Shown: positions 37,604-52,682, counted from the whole stretch's first letter. The stretch is DNA of 63,541 nucleotides, filler included, from Octopus bimaculoides (GCF_001194135.2; 6 parts of 6 records of this genome joined end to end with filler, not necessarily neighbours in it); one strand, 5' to 3'. Notes: generated from the sequence alone by a model not told the origin. Numbers and translations are program-made.

Positions 37604-39715
37604 CTTCAGTTGCTGAGTTTATATGCGTATAGTTCAATAAATCAATTCAATTGGCCAACGATTACCGTGAAAAACGTTATAGAGATTTTGATAACAACTT
37701 TATTGTGACACTGCGGCCGCTTTTATACGTTTAATAAGTTCGCGATATAAACTATAACAGATATTTATTCGTCTATTGTTGTAATTACCATTCACATAGC
37801 TGTTACTGTTGTTGTTGTTGTTGTTGTTGTTGTGGGTTTTATCGGTTGTCTTTTTTTTTTGGTTTTGTTTTTTGGTAATCATTATACTTTTTATTGGTCT
37901 TCATTTTAAAAATTATATTGCATTATTTTTATTGTTTTCGTTGTTACTTGTAATGGACGCCTCGAAATTGTCAGACGAATGAATGAATAAATAAATAAGA
38001 TATATTTTCTTATGTTAAGAAAGCGAACCGAATGAATAGTAATGTGTCATATGATCTACTTTGGCATTGTCTGTGTAATAAATACGTGTGTTTGAATGTT
38101 TGTGTGTATACGTGTCTGTGTTTATGTGTTTGTATATGTATGCCTCCAGAAGTAACTGTATGAATGCTGTGTGCTTATATATTACTCTGTTGTGTCAATC
38201 GGTCAGTTTCATTAGCCAAAATGATAAAATTAGACAGACGTGTATTGTTTAAAATCTATATATTACTATAGCCAAAAAAAGCTTTCCTAGTTAAACTTCC
38301 GAAATAAGAAGACTATTCTAGTTAACTTTTCTAAGCAGAAGATAACATTTTTCTGAGGCTATTTTGCAAGATACTGTGTGCTATTGATATCCGAAAACGA
38401 GAAACATAAAAGAAGAAATAATACATTGAAAGAACAACTGAAAATGAGATCATTCACAAATAAGGAGCATAGGAAAGATGGCATTAAGATATACGATTTG
38501 TGAAAACTCTATAAAATGAACGTCCAGGAGAAATAGATTGGAAATAACTCTTTGAACAGTGGGAGGGAATGCTTCAATTTTGTTATAGATATTTTTTTTT
38601 ATTTTAAAGACAGCCATAGTTTATAATTCATGGGATGCTCAATATACATATATAGTTACAGGATTCGAATACCTGAAGAGTTTTCATTGAATGTGGAGAG
38701 TGAAATGTAATTCAATACGATATATTGTATTGATGATAATGTTATTGTTAATACAAAGCCAGCAGACCTACCAGCTAGGATTCAAGTATGACCATCCTAT
38801 ATTTTACTATTATATAAGGCTTCATTAAACAATGTCATTGTTTGTGAAGATTATAGGGTATCATTTTAGAATTTAGGCTAGAATTTCTAGTTTCTAAATG
38901 TTTTATGTCATATCTGTCGAAGTTTATAAAACTCTTTTAATTTAAACAGCATGATACCACTTATGACTTATAAGCAAATACGTCGGCATATATTCTCACT
39001 GACACAATTATGTCGGGCAATGTAATATAAATGTGTGACCTCCATATTACAGATACGATTTTAAGTCATTGATTTCTATAGTAGCAACACTGCCACTAAA
39101 GATGAAGAATTTCTGAGAACATAGTGCTACACATCTACAAACATCGCAATTAAAAAGTTTTCTATTGCTTGGAGAAGCCAGTTCGATTTTAATATTACGT
39201 ACAACTGTTCTGAACAGAGTATCATATTCACATTTATTTTGTCATTAGCTTGCAATTGAATAATGGCTCTGAAATATTTGCCAAATATACAATTCGGATC
39301 TCGAGTTTTTTTAAGCAATCGACTAATTTAAATGATTCAACACTTAAAGCATTATCCTAAGAAAATGGATTAATAGCATAAATATCTTTGTGCATTCTTG
39401 TGTAAATATTGTTATATATTGCATTTATATATCAGCAAACGTATATTTCTCATAATACTTAACCCATTATGTGGGTGAGTGTATGTGTACTTAATTTAAT
39501 TAAGATTGAGCCAACAGAAATATTACAGAGTAGCCACTGGCATATATTTGAATAACAGAGATATATACAGTATATCAAATACCATACAACAAAAATTCTA
39601 GATTTATTGTCATTTTCTCCGCCTCTGGAGAATGCGACGTAATTACCAAAATGACAATTAAGAGCAGTTCCGTATGAGGAAGGGAGATAATCACAAGGCC
39701 CGAAATTTTGGAGGA

Positions 39716-39856
39716 AGGTACTTAATTTATCGACGCCAAAAGGAAAAAAGCTAAAGTCGACCCCTCGGCAGAAATTGAACTCAGAACGTAAAGACAAGCG
39801 AAATACCAGTAAGCATTTCGCCCGGTGTGCTAACGTTTCTCCCAGGTCCCTGTCTT
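39716..39856 (-). mobile_element. SINE family D
   Basis: GGTACTTAATTTATCGAC...AAAGTCGACCCCTCGGCAGAAATTGAACTCAGAACGTAAAGAC. Confidence 0.85.
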
Positions 39857-39863
39857 ATTTATA

Positions 39864-39903
<40 letters not shown>

Positions 39904-40658
39904 GAGAGAGGGAGAGAGAGACATCAAGTGATATATAGTGAGCTACATATATATGTATATATATATATATATGCTTATATATAAATAAATATATATACAT
40001 ACACGTAAGTATATATATACATGTAACCCATATATATATGTATGTCAGTGTTTATGTTCATTTTCGGTGTCTCTGGCTCTCTTCCTATTGTCAATTTCGT
40101 GTTGCTTAGTATGAAATACCAATAAAACAGTCGCATTTGCCTTTGTAATAAGAAACAGCTGTCGCTGAGGTCGAATCGAACCAGTTTTTCTGACCATCAA
40201 ACGAATTTCATTGTCTTCTTTTCTTTTTTTTTCGGCTTATTGTTATTTCCCTTTCTCGTCCCTCTTCTATTTCTTTTTTGTTTTTGTTTTTTTTTTCGCG
40301 ATTCTTTGCTACATTAGGTCTAAGAATATTTATATTTTCTTCTTTCTTCTTCCTTTTTACTTCGTTTTTTTTTTCTTCTTTTTTCATTATTTTGTTTTCT
40401 TCCTTCACATCGTTCTACACCACAATTCACTTGACTTTATGCTTCTCACGCACAAACCGCTACTGCAAATAAAAACAAATAAAATAAATAAATAGATAAA
40501 TAAAAAATCTAAACAAGAAATTTACGGTTTCTTTGAATGGAAATGAGGCACAATGGAAACTTTGCAACTTTTGTTGAAAGACCGTTGACTGGGGTTAAGC
40601 AACAAACAGCAGCCTCAAAAGAATATTGTTGTACTTGTTGTTCTTGTTATTGTTATTG

Positions 40659-40720
<62 letters not shown>

Positions 40721-41348
40721 TGCTAGTAACAGACACGTTTTTATGAGCTGCTAAGTTTCTGCAAAAGTGTGCGGCTAATTCCAGTTTGAAAGTTTGTTTT
40801 CCAAATGCGTGTGTATTTGTGTTGTGTTTGTACAGAGTCGTTACATAGAAAGCAAAAGAGTCTTTTCCTGGTTTTTCCCATAATTCTTCTTTCTTTTTTC
40901 CGGTCATACACTGTTTAGAATATTTCTATGCGTAATTGTCATTTNNNNNNNNNNNNNNNNNNNNNNNNNNNNNNNNNNNNNNNNNNNNNNNNNNNNNNNN
41001 NNNNNNNNNNNNNNNNNNNNNNNNNNNNNNNNNNNNNNNNNNNNNNNNNNNNNNNNNNNNNNNNNNNNNNNNNNNNNNNNNNNNNNNNNNNNNNNNNNNN
41101 NNNNNNNNNNNNNNNNNNNNNNNNNNNNNNNNNNNNNNNNNNNNNNNNNNNNNNNNNNNNNNNNNNNNNNNNNNNNNNNNNNNNNNNNNNNNNNNNNNNN
41201 NNNNNNNNNNNNNNNNNNNNNNNNNNNNNNNNNNNNNNNNNNNNNNNNNNNNNNNNNNNNNNNNNNNNNNNNNNNNNNNNNNNNNNNNNNNNNNNNNNNN
41301 NNNNNNNNNNNNNNNNNNNNNNNNNNNNNNNNNNNNNNNNNNNNNNNN

Positions 41349-41390
<42 letters not shown>

Positions 41391-41394
<4 letters not shown>

Positions 41395-41578
41395 TATCTG
41401 TTTGTGTATTTACGTCCCCGTGGTGGTGTATTTACGTCCCCGTAACTTAGTGGTTCGGCAAAAGAGGCCCATAGAATAAGTACTAGGCTTACAAAGAATA
41501 AGTCCTGGTGCCGATTTGCTCGACTAAAGGCAGTACCCCAGCATGGCCGCAGTTAAATGACTGAAGCAAGTAAAAGAA
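41391..41578 (+). mobile_element. SINE family A 3' half
   Basis: CGTCCCCGTAACTTAGTGGTTCGGCAAAAGAG...GCATGGCCGCAGTTAAATGACTGAAGCAAG. Confidence 0.88.
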
Positions 41579-41769
41579 TGTCACAAAGACCAGTGCTCCT
41601 TTGGTTGGGGAATTCAGTGGCTTATTGAGCAGAATATATTCTGTAGACCACATTTTCATACCAAGACAAAACATGTACATGATAACACTTCCAATCAGTT
41701 AAGATCAGAAGCCATGAGAGCCAGTGCCTGGTACAACATCAGGGCATTTTTATCATTAGTAGTAGTAGC

Positions 41770-41823
<54 letters not shown>

Positions 41824-41834
41824 TAGTAGTAGTA

Positions 41835-41950
41835 GAGGGGTGGCAGAATCATGAGATTGTGTCATGAAATGTAAATTTCTGCTCCCATCCCTGCCAGGGT
41901 CAGCTTTGCGTTTCCTCTTTTTCAGGTTCCGTAAAATAACACGACAGTTA
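41835..41950 (+). mobile_element. SINE family D, degraded
   Basis: TGGCAGAATC head and GGTCAGCTTTGCGTTTCCTCTTTTTCAGG domain. Confidence 0.5.
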
Positions 41951-42166
41951 ATTATGGTGCTCCAAACCACCATTACCACCTCTACTACAACTAAAACAAC
42001 TATTACTAGCACTGACATTACACCTACTACTTATACTATCGCTGCTACTGCTGCTGCTGCCACTTATGTTATTTCTTTTGCTCTCTGACGCTGCTAACGT
42101 AACTTCGTTTTTGTTACATTATTTGTATGATCTTCATGTTTTTGCTGCATTAGATGTGCATAAACT

Positions 42167-42244
<78 letters not shown>

Positions 42245-44209
42245 AGACAGACAAATACTTACACACATGAATGGGCGTGAGCGCGTGTGTGTGCGCGGTT
42301 TTCTTATAAGTATTACTGCATATATAAATGTACATAACAAAGTCAGCTTTCTCAAACTTAGCAGATGAGACAAATATTAGTGTAAAGTATATATATATAT
42401 ATATATATGTATCTTAGTCAGCTTTTTGCAGTGGAAGCTTGACGCAGAGTTCCCATGTTTTATATAAGTACATATTGAAAAAATGTCATACCAAATAACT
42501 GTGACCACTAATAAATTAATTGTAGCAACCTATTAATAGATATTACTAGTTTTAAATAGACAATCTTTTATTTGTTGCTCAGTTTGTGCAAAACAAAATA
42601 AATAGTTCATATAATGAACATGGTAAATATTTATTGCAAATTAAGCTTTCTGGTACTTTCGCCATTTGTTGCCTTACTAATAGGTAATAGTAATTGTACA
42701 TCAAACGCATGCGTGCAACCGAAGCCGAATCATGCAATCTATATAAATAGTATTCAAAATTGCAGGATATAAATGAGTTGCCAAAATGTTTTTTTTTTCT
42801 CATCGTTCAGATAATTTACAATGAATCTGAAAGCGAATTGATACAGAGTGACTTGGCAAAGCCTACCCATCCAACGCCACGAAGCTTAAACGCATCAATA
42901 CTGGTACTTATCTAATTTTGAGAATATTATTTTTGTTTTACAGAATATCTACGGTGAAAATAACTGGAGCCACTGAACTAATTGTTTTTGTTATAATATT
43001 TATTTTTGATTTCGTTTCTGTATTTGCTTTTCTTTTTCTTTTTTTCTTTTTCTTTTTCCTTTTTCTTCTTTTTCTTTTTCCTTTTTCTTCTTTCTGCCGT
43101 CCTAAAAACAAAAACCAGGCTATATACGTCGAGACACAATGACTCGAAATTTACATTTTACACCTACTAAAATAGATTACCTTCGACCGAACTACAATCC
43201 CTACCCCTGTACACAATTTCAAATTATTACATTCGTTTCTTTACTTCTTTTTGTCTTTTTTTTTTCATCATGGGGTTTTCGTTTTTCGGCGTTTCACTTC
43301 TCCCTTTGTTACACATACCTATACTTTCTCTCATTTCCATTGACTAGCCATTTATTACTACACTACACTTATTCTTCTATTTGGCTCTCTTTGATCATAT
43401 TCTCATCTTCTCTCCCACACTTATCTTGTTTCTCTTTTTATCTCATCTTCAACTCTTATATCTCTTTTCTTATTCTCTTCTTCCTATCATTGTAGACGCA
43501 CTCTCTTTATAATGTATAGTATTTTTTGTCGACATTATTTTCTTCCTATTCTCCAGTCAATGTCTTCTTGAATCTCTCCCTCTTTCTCTCTCTCTCTCTC
43601 ACTCTCTCTCACTCACTCAATTTATCTATCTATCTCCAACCCCTCTATTGTGTTGATTATGAGGTCAGGTCGATGTATAGATTAGTTTAGTAAATAAACG
43701 TTTAATGTACTTTCTTTTTTAATATTTTCGAACATCATGAAAATATTATTTTGATATTTAGCACAGCAAGAAGACTGAGATATGCACCGTTCGTAAAGTG
43801 ATATTTATATTTGTCTGAAATAAGTTTGAAATTCGAGATAAGATTCATTTCCTTTCGATTATCGATGAAGTTGAAGAAAATAGGAACCTAGAATCCTTTT
43901 TACCTTTCATTTTATAATTCAGTTTTATACATAAAACCTTATAAAGGTTTTATGAGTGGAAATTAAAACTCATTATAACAATATATAAAACAATAGAATA
44001 TTATTTCAAAGGTCATGGAGCTTACAACAATAACAAGTATTTTCTTTATATTGTATCGTCCTTCTACTCTCTACCTCAAACCTTATAGTTGAAGATTGTT
44101 TTCTGTTCACCTGTTCACCTTGTCAGTGTCTCTTTTTCGATTATTGACCTTGTGTTTAGTCAAACGAAATTGTATTCATGGTGATTTATATGTACTTTAA
44201 TCTGTATTT

Positions 44210-44211
<2 letters not shown>

Positions 44212-44251
<40 letters not shown>

Positions 44252-44407
44252 GTCGTCGTTGTTGTCGTCGTCGTTATCATATACGTCATCCTTGAGATAT
44301 TTTCTCTAGTAGACACCAATCATTAAACATAATTTTCATCTTGCCTAACAGCATCAACATCATCACCGCCTTCACCATGTTCATTGTGGTCGTCGTCGTC
44401 GTCGTCG

Positions 44408-44439
<32 letters not shown>

Positions 44440-44700
44440 GCAATCCTCCTCCTTCTCCTCCTCCTCCTCCTCCTCATCATCATCATCATCATCATCATTG
44501 CAATCCTCCTCATCATCATCATCATTGCAATCCTCCTCCTCATCATTATCATCATCATCATCATCATCATCATCACTGCCATCATCATCATCACTTCCAT
44601 CATCATCATCATCATCACTATCGTTATATTAAGCCATCATCATCATCATCACGGTTATCGTCATCATCCTCATCAGTCATCATTATCATAATCACTATTA
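44212..44700. repeat. (CAT)n/(CCT)n/(CGT)n compound triplet repeat
   Basis: Direct reading of the sequence. Confidence 0.95.
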
Positions 44701-46890
44701 TCCTTAGTAGCAGCATTCTTTATCGTTGTAACTACACACTTTATTTGTTGACGTTATTATCCATTATCTATTAATCATCATCACCTTCACCGTCATATTC
44801 TTTAACACTACTGGCACCAACACCAACAACAAACAAAAAAAAAACAAACAGCGACAGCATGAACGGGAAACTTTCAAATAGATTTCTTCAGTGTTCACAC
44901 AATATATTTACGAGTAAAATGGCAAAATACTCGAAAACTATTTCTATGTTTGTCTGTCAGCGATGAAATGATGAATCTTTAGATCTCTATGACTGGTTGC
45001 TTTGAACTTTAAAGCTTATTTCTTTGATCTCCCAGGCTGACCGCATCTATTCACTGTCACTTACTGATGTATTTTAGCCTTTGACAAGTCGCTCACTTAT
45101 CTCTATGGCCGCCATTTTCCTGAAGTCATTCTGGATGACTAATCAACAAACAACAAGGCTGTCACATGACTTTTTAGTTATTTCTTTTTTTAGTTAAATC
45201 CATTAGATAGTTTGAATATAGTTCACTGTAACATATTTGGTAATATACAAAAGTATGTATCATACTTGACATTATAGTTTTGCTACAGTATAATCATTGT
45301 TTTGACAATACAACTAGGTTATTCTTTAAAGATTATCGTGACGCTATAATCTTACTGGTACTTGTTTTATCATATTAACTTTTTCCAAAACGCTGGAAAG
45401 CATACTCGGCAGAAATGTAATTTGAAATCAGGGCGAAAACCATTTTTCCGGAAGACCATCCGGTCTAATGTACAGCTTCAGTTAAGATTTCTTCAAAGCA
45501 TTGACATTATGGATAAATGAATGCAAAAAGGAATGAACGAAGGAACCTTTCTTGAAGCCAATAAGATAAATATAAATAGATTTAAAACACGTAAGAATAT
45601 AATTTGGTGCACTTTCAAACCACCGCCTAGACCATGGATGCCTTTAGTAGAGTTCCCTCAATTAAAAATATATGTGTCAAACCTCTGTGTTAGGATACTT
45701 ACCTCCCCTCCTCTCACTGCTCTTATAAACCCTAAAATGGGGCATGAATACCAGTATTCTTACTATGACTAAATCATTATTGTATTATTCTGCCGACCAC
45801 TTTGGACGAAACGTAAAATTTTGACGCAATTCAGAATCCAAGGAGATACAACTAAACATTGTAAGTTGTATAGCCCCGCACACAATCTCATTAACGAACT
45901 TACCCACATGTTTTAATACATTGCATTCATAGTCCATTGTTGAATACTTAAAATAATTAAGGATGTCTCAAGCTGTTGTAATAGCAGTATTTAGTTCGTG
46001 TTGCATTAAAGGATACCGGATAGCTGTGATTGAAGTATATAATGTGTTCTGATGTGATGAAATGATTTAAATGTTAGAAAAAGTAGGGAAGTGTTATTAG
46101 ATTACACAGAAGTGAAATGGTTGATTGGATTAAGTAAGTATTGGACTACTACTTAATGATTAGTAATTTCAGAGCTACAGCAGACAAGTGTGTGAATATA
46201 TGAATGTATTTTAGTGAAAGATAATTAATACTACACGTCGTAGTTTCCCATTCGTAAGAACCGTTCTGGTGAAAATATCACGAAGATAGATCATTTATTA
46301 GTGGATATCCCTGAAAGGCCAATCTATTCTACTGGAAGAGTAATAGACTGAAATTTATTTAATCGACTCCAGCGAAAATTTGTCGGGTTTCTCATGAAAA
46401 CTCAAATCGATATGATACAAGTTATAATGGTTATAGGTTCAGTACTTATGGGCGATAAGGTACGGGTGGAATTGATATTGTCCTCGTTTCAAATCTCACT
46501 GCAATCCAGTGTATTTTCAGCTTTTTGAAGATAGTTTTATTCGATAAAATAAGTATCTGTAAGCTCACAGTGTCCAATTCAATCTTATAACTCCTGGCCT
46601 TCTGCATTCTTAAAATAGGGTTTATAAGAATTTGGGAAGGAGTAAATGACCGAGGGATAAAGTATTTATTTAACAAGTAAGTTTTCCAGAAATCAAATTT
46701 ATTCAAGAAAATTCGTTATTTCTACATTTATTTCTCGCACCTTCGAGAGTGTGTGTGCGTATGCGCACGCGCGCGTAGTGTTTCTTTGCGTGCGTTTGTG
46801 TTTGAGTGTGTGTTTGCATGCATGTGTGTTTGAGTGTTTACAATGGGCTTTGTCCAATTTATATCTACAACCCGAAGAAAGGTAGAAAAT

Positions 46891-46932
<42 letters not shown>

Positions 46933-48444
46933 CACAAGATATCATTCATATAATTCAATAAGTGGGGTGAATTTATACGATAAAGGAATCATTTCTATTT
47001 ATGAGAATAACCTATGATATACCAGCATCTTTCTCTGAGTTTGCCGTTTAAAAGCTCCGCTCTACATTCCATGCCAACTCCTGATAACGATAGTAGATTA
47101 CAAAGAAACATTTATGTTTTTTTAAAAACAGAAAATTGTAAAGATAATATTCTTGTTACACAAACTTATCAAACTAAACAACAATTTATGCTTTAAAAGT
47201 ACATGAAATTTTTAAAGACTTTTTAATTCTGTTTATTCAGGTTCTAAAATCTTTTATTGTAATATTTGGGAGTTTATTTTTTTTTTTTTTTGCTTCTTTA
47301 GATATATCGTTACTTCAAAGGAACAAAATACAAGAATTATATGTGAATATTAATTGTAATGATTTTGTCTGCTTTGTTACAAACCTGACAATTGTGTCTG
47401 TGTGATAAGAATTACAAACAAAAATATCATTCACAATATTAAAATTGAAATCGAAAGAAAATACAAAAAAAAACATGAAAATGTATTCAGCGTCGGTTGC
47501 TGAACTATATGAATTATTTTCCTAATTGTCTCTATCTCAAATAATTAGAATGTTGTTTCTTGTTGTTAGCGGCAATAATGGTTTTTTCTTCTTTTCTTTT
47601 CTTTCTTTTCTTTGTTCACTTTTTTTTTTTTTTGGTTTTTATTTTTGTTCTTAGTTTTCAATAATTATCAAATTCGAACAATTTGATTAATTATTGGAAA
47701 CTAAAGTCACTGCTAACTGAGTCAATAAGGTATCGGCCTATTGACCTAATGGTTGATGTTTCATATTCTTGTGCGCCAAAACCAGGCTTGTGCAGTTTCT
47801 GTGGACGAGACAGTTATTTCACAATACCCACCTCCCAGCAAAAATAGTAGATAAAAATGAAGAGGTAAAGAAAATCAATATTTCAAAACGTGGAGAACAA
47901 TGTAGAACTAATATTTGTTTTAGTAACTTGTGCTTCCACCGATCATAATTATAATGCATTATTTTAAAACTTAAAACTCTGAAATTAATTACTCTTATAC
48001 AACAATACTTAAGACAAGCAAAACAATACTTATAGCTTAATTATTTATTTTCATTTCAATTGTTGAACTATACCAATGTTGGTTATAGGTTTCCAAATTG
48101 CCAATCATCGACTAACAGTATTTTCGACGGCAAGAATAATGAATATTTTAAGGGACTTCTTACATAAAAGACGATATTTTTTAGGGAACTTGTTTTTTAT
48201 CGATGTAATATAATATTGTTATGTCTAAAGCTACTGCTATCTAGCACCTTCGGATGATCTCTACTCAACCGCTAGTCGTCAGGTACTCAACCACTCTACC
48301 AACGGCTAGACTACCTCTATTTATACGTCTTGGACGATCCTACTTCTTCGCTTGGGGAGGTCGACACAACAAATATATTGTAATACAATGCCCAATGTCC
48401 TTCGTTGATATATATCCGCGAAAGAAACACTCACACATGCATAT

Positions 48445-48675
48445 GCACATACATACATACATACATACATACATACATGCATACACACATACATACATAC
48501 ATACATACATACATACATACTACACATACATACATACATACATACATACATACATACACACACACATACATACATATACACACATATACATACATACACA
48601 CATACACACATACATACACACACATACATACGTACGTACATACATACATACATACATACATACATACATACATAC
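48445..48675. repeat. (CATA)n degenerate microsatellite
   Basis: Direct reading of the sequence. Confidence 0.96.
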
Positions 48676-48940
48676 TCATGCGTATCTTCATCATTGGATT
48701 TTAATAGAAACAATGGATAGACTTACCTGCTAAAATTTAGAATAATGATGCGTATCCTTACTATTCCTCCTACGTAATGTAAATATTATATATATATATA
48801 TACATATCTATATATATGCATATATGTATTTCGTTTTGGGATTTGGTTTGCAAGATTCTTTATAAGTCACAAAAAGAAAATGACTCTCCCCAGACACAAC
48901 AGAATACATACATGTATGTCTGTATGTGTGTTTGTGTTTG

Positions 48941-48973
<33 letters not shown>

Positions 48974-48990
48974 ATATGTGTGTGTGTGTG

Positions 48991-49192
48991 TTTGTCCCCC
49001 TAGCATTGCTTGACAACCGATGCTGGTGTGTTTATGGCCCTGTCACTTGGCAGTTCGGCAAAAGAGACCGATAGAATAAGTACTAGGCTTAGAAAGAATA
49101 AGTCTCGGGGTCGATTTGCTGGACTAAAGGCGGTGCTCCAGCATGGCCGCAGTCAAATGACTGAAACAAGTGCAAGAGTAAAGAGTAAGGAG
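48991..49192 (+). mobile_element. SINE family A 3' half (solo, no tRNA head seen)
   Basis: Matches the reverse complement of 60580-60770. Confidence 0.9.
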
Positions 49193-50283
49193 TATACAAG
49201 AAAAAAGCGACAGCACTTCAAATCACTAACATTAGTCTAATAGTTTCAGCTACTACAGAAAAGCATATGTTTCACTTGGTGGTCTAATATAGAAACATGA
49301 CCAAAGTTATCTCCCGAACTTTCCAAACCGATTATGAAGTTCATGCTCTCTGTATTTCTCAGCAAAACTATTTGCAATGAGTATCTGATACTCATGCATT
49401 AAATATGATAACACTAACTTAACTGTAAACTAGTAGTATAGTATACACGGATAGAAATGTTTTCTATCGATTAATACTATTCAGAAGAGTGGAAATAAGT
49501 CCAAAATAATGTGGCACCACACAGTACGAGAGGTTAAAACATTTTAAACAAGCGCTACATTTGCCACAGACATGATCGTAAGTGACAATCCAAATTACGA
49601 TGATGGAGGCGTATGAAAGAAAGAAATAAAATTTTAAAGTATAATTAAATAGAAAATATAATTTAAAAACTAACGTCAATGTGAATCATGTAGAACGATT
49701 CAAAATTATATTTTTTGGGTTTCCTCTGCTTTTGTTTTATAATTTTTGTGGGTTATTTTGTTGTAACAAAGTTGTATTTTTAGTGCTTATTTTATATTTT
49801 CCTGGCAAGAAATCTGTTTGCCCTGAGATAACCGTACAATAGACGTTTTCGATTGAGTGTTTCAATAGCGAAAACACATAAGATCGAGGTTAAAGAAGAT
49901 TTTTTTTTTTTTAAATACCCTGTAACTGACATTGTAAAAATAAAAAACGCCGCTAATGAAATGTTTTCAAGTTGTTAGTTTACTTGCAGTGCACTACTGA
50001 TCTTTGTGTTGCCTGTCGATTTGTTGTTGACTTTTATTATTACTCGTAGTGCTTTGATACTGTTGTTGGTAGGGATGATGATGATGATGATGATAATGAT
50101 GATGAAGGTGGTGCAGAACATCATCATCATCATCATCATTGTTATATCATTATTACTGTTCTTAATTTTCTTTTCACTCTATTCATCGAACAACTATTTT
50201 TGCGTATAAACAGAGGCTTCGTCATGTTTAAATTACTTTAAAGTTGACCAGTTGACCACAATATTGATTTTTAAAAGGCTTCT

Positions 50284-50325
<42 letters not shown>

Positions 50326-50339
50326 ATATTACAGTCCCT

Positions 50340-50559
50340 ATATTGGTATCACATACTGGCACAGGGCCAGCAATTTCAGAAATGGGGGCTAGTCGACTAC
50401 ATCGGTGTTCAACTGGTATTTATTTTATTCGACCCCAAAATGACGAAAGCAACTTCGACCCCGCGGCATTTGAACTCAAACTTAAAGTCAGAGGGAATGC
50501 CGCTAAGCAACTAAGCATTTTTTCCTGGAGCGGTGAGGATTCTGCCAGCTCAATGCCTT
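50340..50559 (-). mobile_element. SINE family D
   Basis: GCGGCATTTGAACTCAAA...GATTCTGCCAGCTC. Confidence 0.8.
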
Positions 50560-51124
50560 TTGTAGTCCTTATATCAAATTATATTCAATAACTTTAAATA
50601 AATCAGATTTTTTATCTTCTGTAAAAAAAACGATTTTCTTATACTGCTCCAGGGCCAATTTTTCAAGTCTTTATATCCCAATAATTAACAAATTAGAATT
50701 GCAAAATTAAAATATTAATCAGCTGAAGAAGGCATCCGATATTCGTAATTAGATTTCTCGTAACTAGAGTTCTATCCTGTGTGAGTCTACATAGTTCTGG
50801 AATAACTATCAAGGTCAGAAAATATAGAAGGCTTAAACAACTATATATGCTGCGTAGTAAATCACATTTTATTCCGTCGTTCGAATCTTCTAATCGATAA
50901 ATTAAGCCTGCCATAGACATGTGTATTTGTGTGTGTGAGGGTGTGTGTGAGTGTGTGTGTGCGCGCTGCTGTTTGTGTCATCATGCTTAAGTGTCTTTTT
51001 GCGTGTATATGTGTGTCTGAGTTGCTGCGTATGTGTATATGTGTGCGTACTTCCGTTGGCCTCTTTGTACGTAGGAGTGTCATCGTAGTGCCTTTGTGTT
51101 TCGATGTGTATGTTATTTGTGTGT

Positions 51125-51176
<52 letters not shown>

Positions 51177-51463
51177 TAATGCTTTGTATATTTCATGACT
51201 TCGTCAAAAGAAAAAAGGACGAAGCAATACCAGTTCTTTCTGCCATTTAGACTCATGAGCTGAAATAGGAATTAATCCATCAAAAGTTCCAAACACTGCA
51301 CCGCTTCACTTCCTGGGTCCAGGTTCGTAACCTTGCATCATTGTCGTACTCAATAGACACAACCGATGCGGGAAATGCAGTAAGACAAAGATTCCTCAGA
51401 ATCTCCATTTCATCGTTAGATTTAAAGCCACTGGACGGCTATGCGTTGTTTATTCTGTTGTTT

Positions 51464-51694
51464 ATTATTGATTTCAAATTTTGACCTTAGACCAACAATT
51501 TTGAGGCAGCGTTTAAGGCTATAAATATCGACCACAGTGCTCAGCTGGAACTTATTTTATTGACCCTCAAAAGGTCAAAAGGATGAAAGGCGAAGTCGGC
51601 GTCAGTGGAATTTGAAATCAGAACGTAAAGACGGATGAAATGCTGCAAAGTATTTTCCCGCATGTTCTAAAGATTCTGACAGCTCGCCGCCTTA
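51464..51694 (-). mobile_element. SINE family D
   Basis: GGATGAAAGGCGAAGTCGGC...GAATTTGAAATCAGAACGTAAAGACGG...CAGCTCGCCGCCTT. Confidence 0.85.
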
Positions 51695-52286
51695 ATTCTA
51701 CCATTGACATGTTTCCTTTACCGAGCGATGCCTTGCATCCATGAGCAAGACGCTCCATTCCACTCCACTAGTGATTGATGCCTCACAGACTTTTAAACCT
51801 AAATCTTGCATTTGTAAAGTTTCAACATATTTTTTTACAACTACAACACATTGGATTGTCGAACAGAGTCTACTTCGGTAGCATTCTAACCAGTTGTGTC
51901 TGTAGCTCAATAACTCAACACGTTAATTCCTACTGAAGGAACAATACATTAGAGCCGGTTCCTTCCACCGTTCTTTCCTTCCCAGATATAGATGTCCTAC
52001 AGAAAATCGTGACTACATCCATTACTTCGCTGAATAAGTTTCAAAACATGGGACAGTGTCTATCGCAAAATAACATATTTTATAAACAGAAATAATCAAC
52101 CACGGATTGAAAGAAGGGAGAAAAAATAAAACCTTCGGAGAAATTATAGATAGCGCAAGATTCTATTCCCATTTTTCGATGACATCCATTATCTAATCAA
52201 TATGTGAATCTGTACGTGTGCGCACTCAAGTGTATGCATATAGGTATATGTAAATATATATATCTGATTGTGCGTATAGATGTGTA

Positions 52287-52326
<40 letters not shown>

Positions 52327-52598
52327 GTATTATATGCGTATGTGTGTATGTATGTATGTACGTACGTATTATAAGGCAATAATAGCCGTTGCTATGAATA
52401 TGTTTAATATGAAGCTTTGTTAAGATTCCAGAGAAATCATGGCTGCAGCGTAGATATTTGTAATGATGTATGTATGAGGGATAGAATGTACAGAACTGCT
52501 AATATATATGTATGTGTATTTATATATATATCTATACATATATATATATATATANNNNNNNNNNNNNNNNNNNNNNNNNNNNNNNNNNNNNNNNNNNN

Positions 52599-52610
52599 TT
52601 AATTAATTAA
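52599..52610. other. Synthetic scaffold linker TTAATTAATTAA
   Basis: 44 N either side. Confidence 0.92.
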
Positions 52611-52682
52611 NNNNNNNNNNNNNNNNNNNNNNNNNNNNNNNNNNNNNNNNNNNNATATATATATATATATATATATATATGT

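Noticed and set aside
41590-41750. Possible snRNA or 5S-like segment on the minus strand
   Set aside because: No match to conserved snRNA/5S motifs I know; more likely another dispersed repeat, single copy here.
45580-45630. TRKNIIWCTFKPP resembling the PLE RKRNIIWFNPP motif
   Set aside because: No flanking PLE motifs.
45790-45815. CTGCCGA CCACTTTGGAC GAAAC GTA HHR-like motif
   Set aside because: Needs a core substitution plus a deletion, and stem I is only 2 bp. Worth re-checking only against a family consensus.
22490-50750. Other partial HHR-like strings (22495-22535, 25918-25947, 44860-44900, 50723-50750)
   Set aside because: Each lacks the core or stem I.
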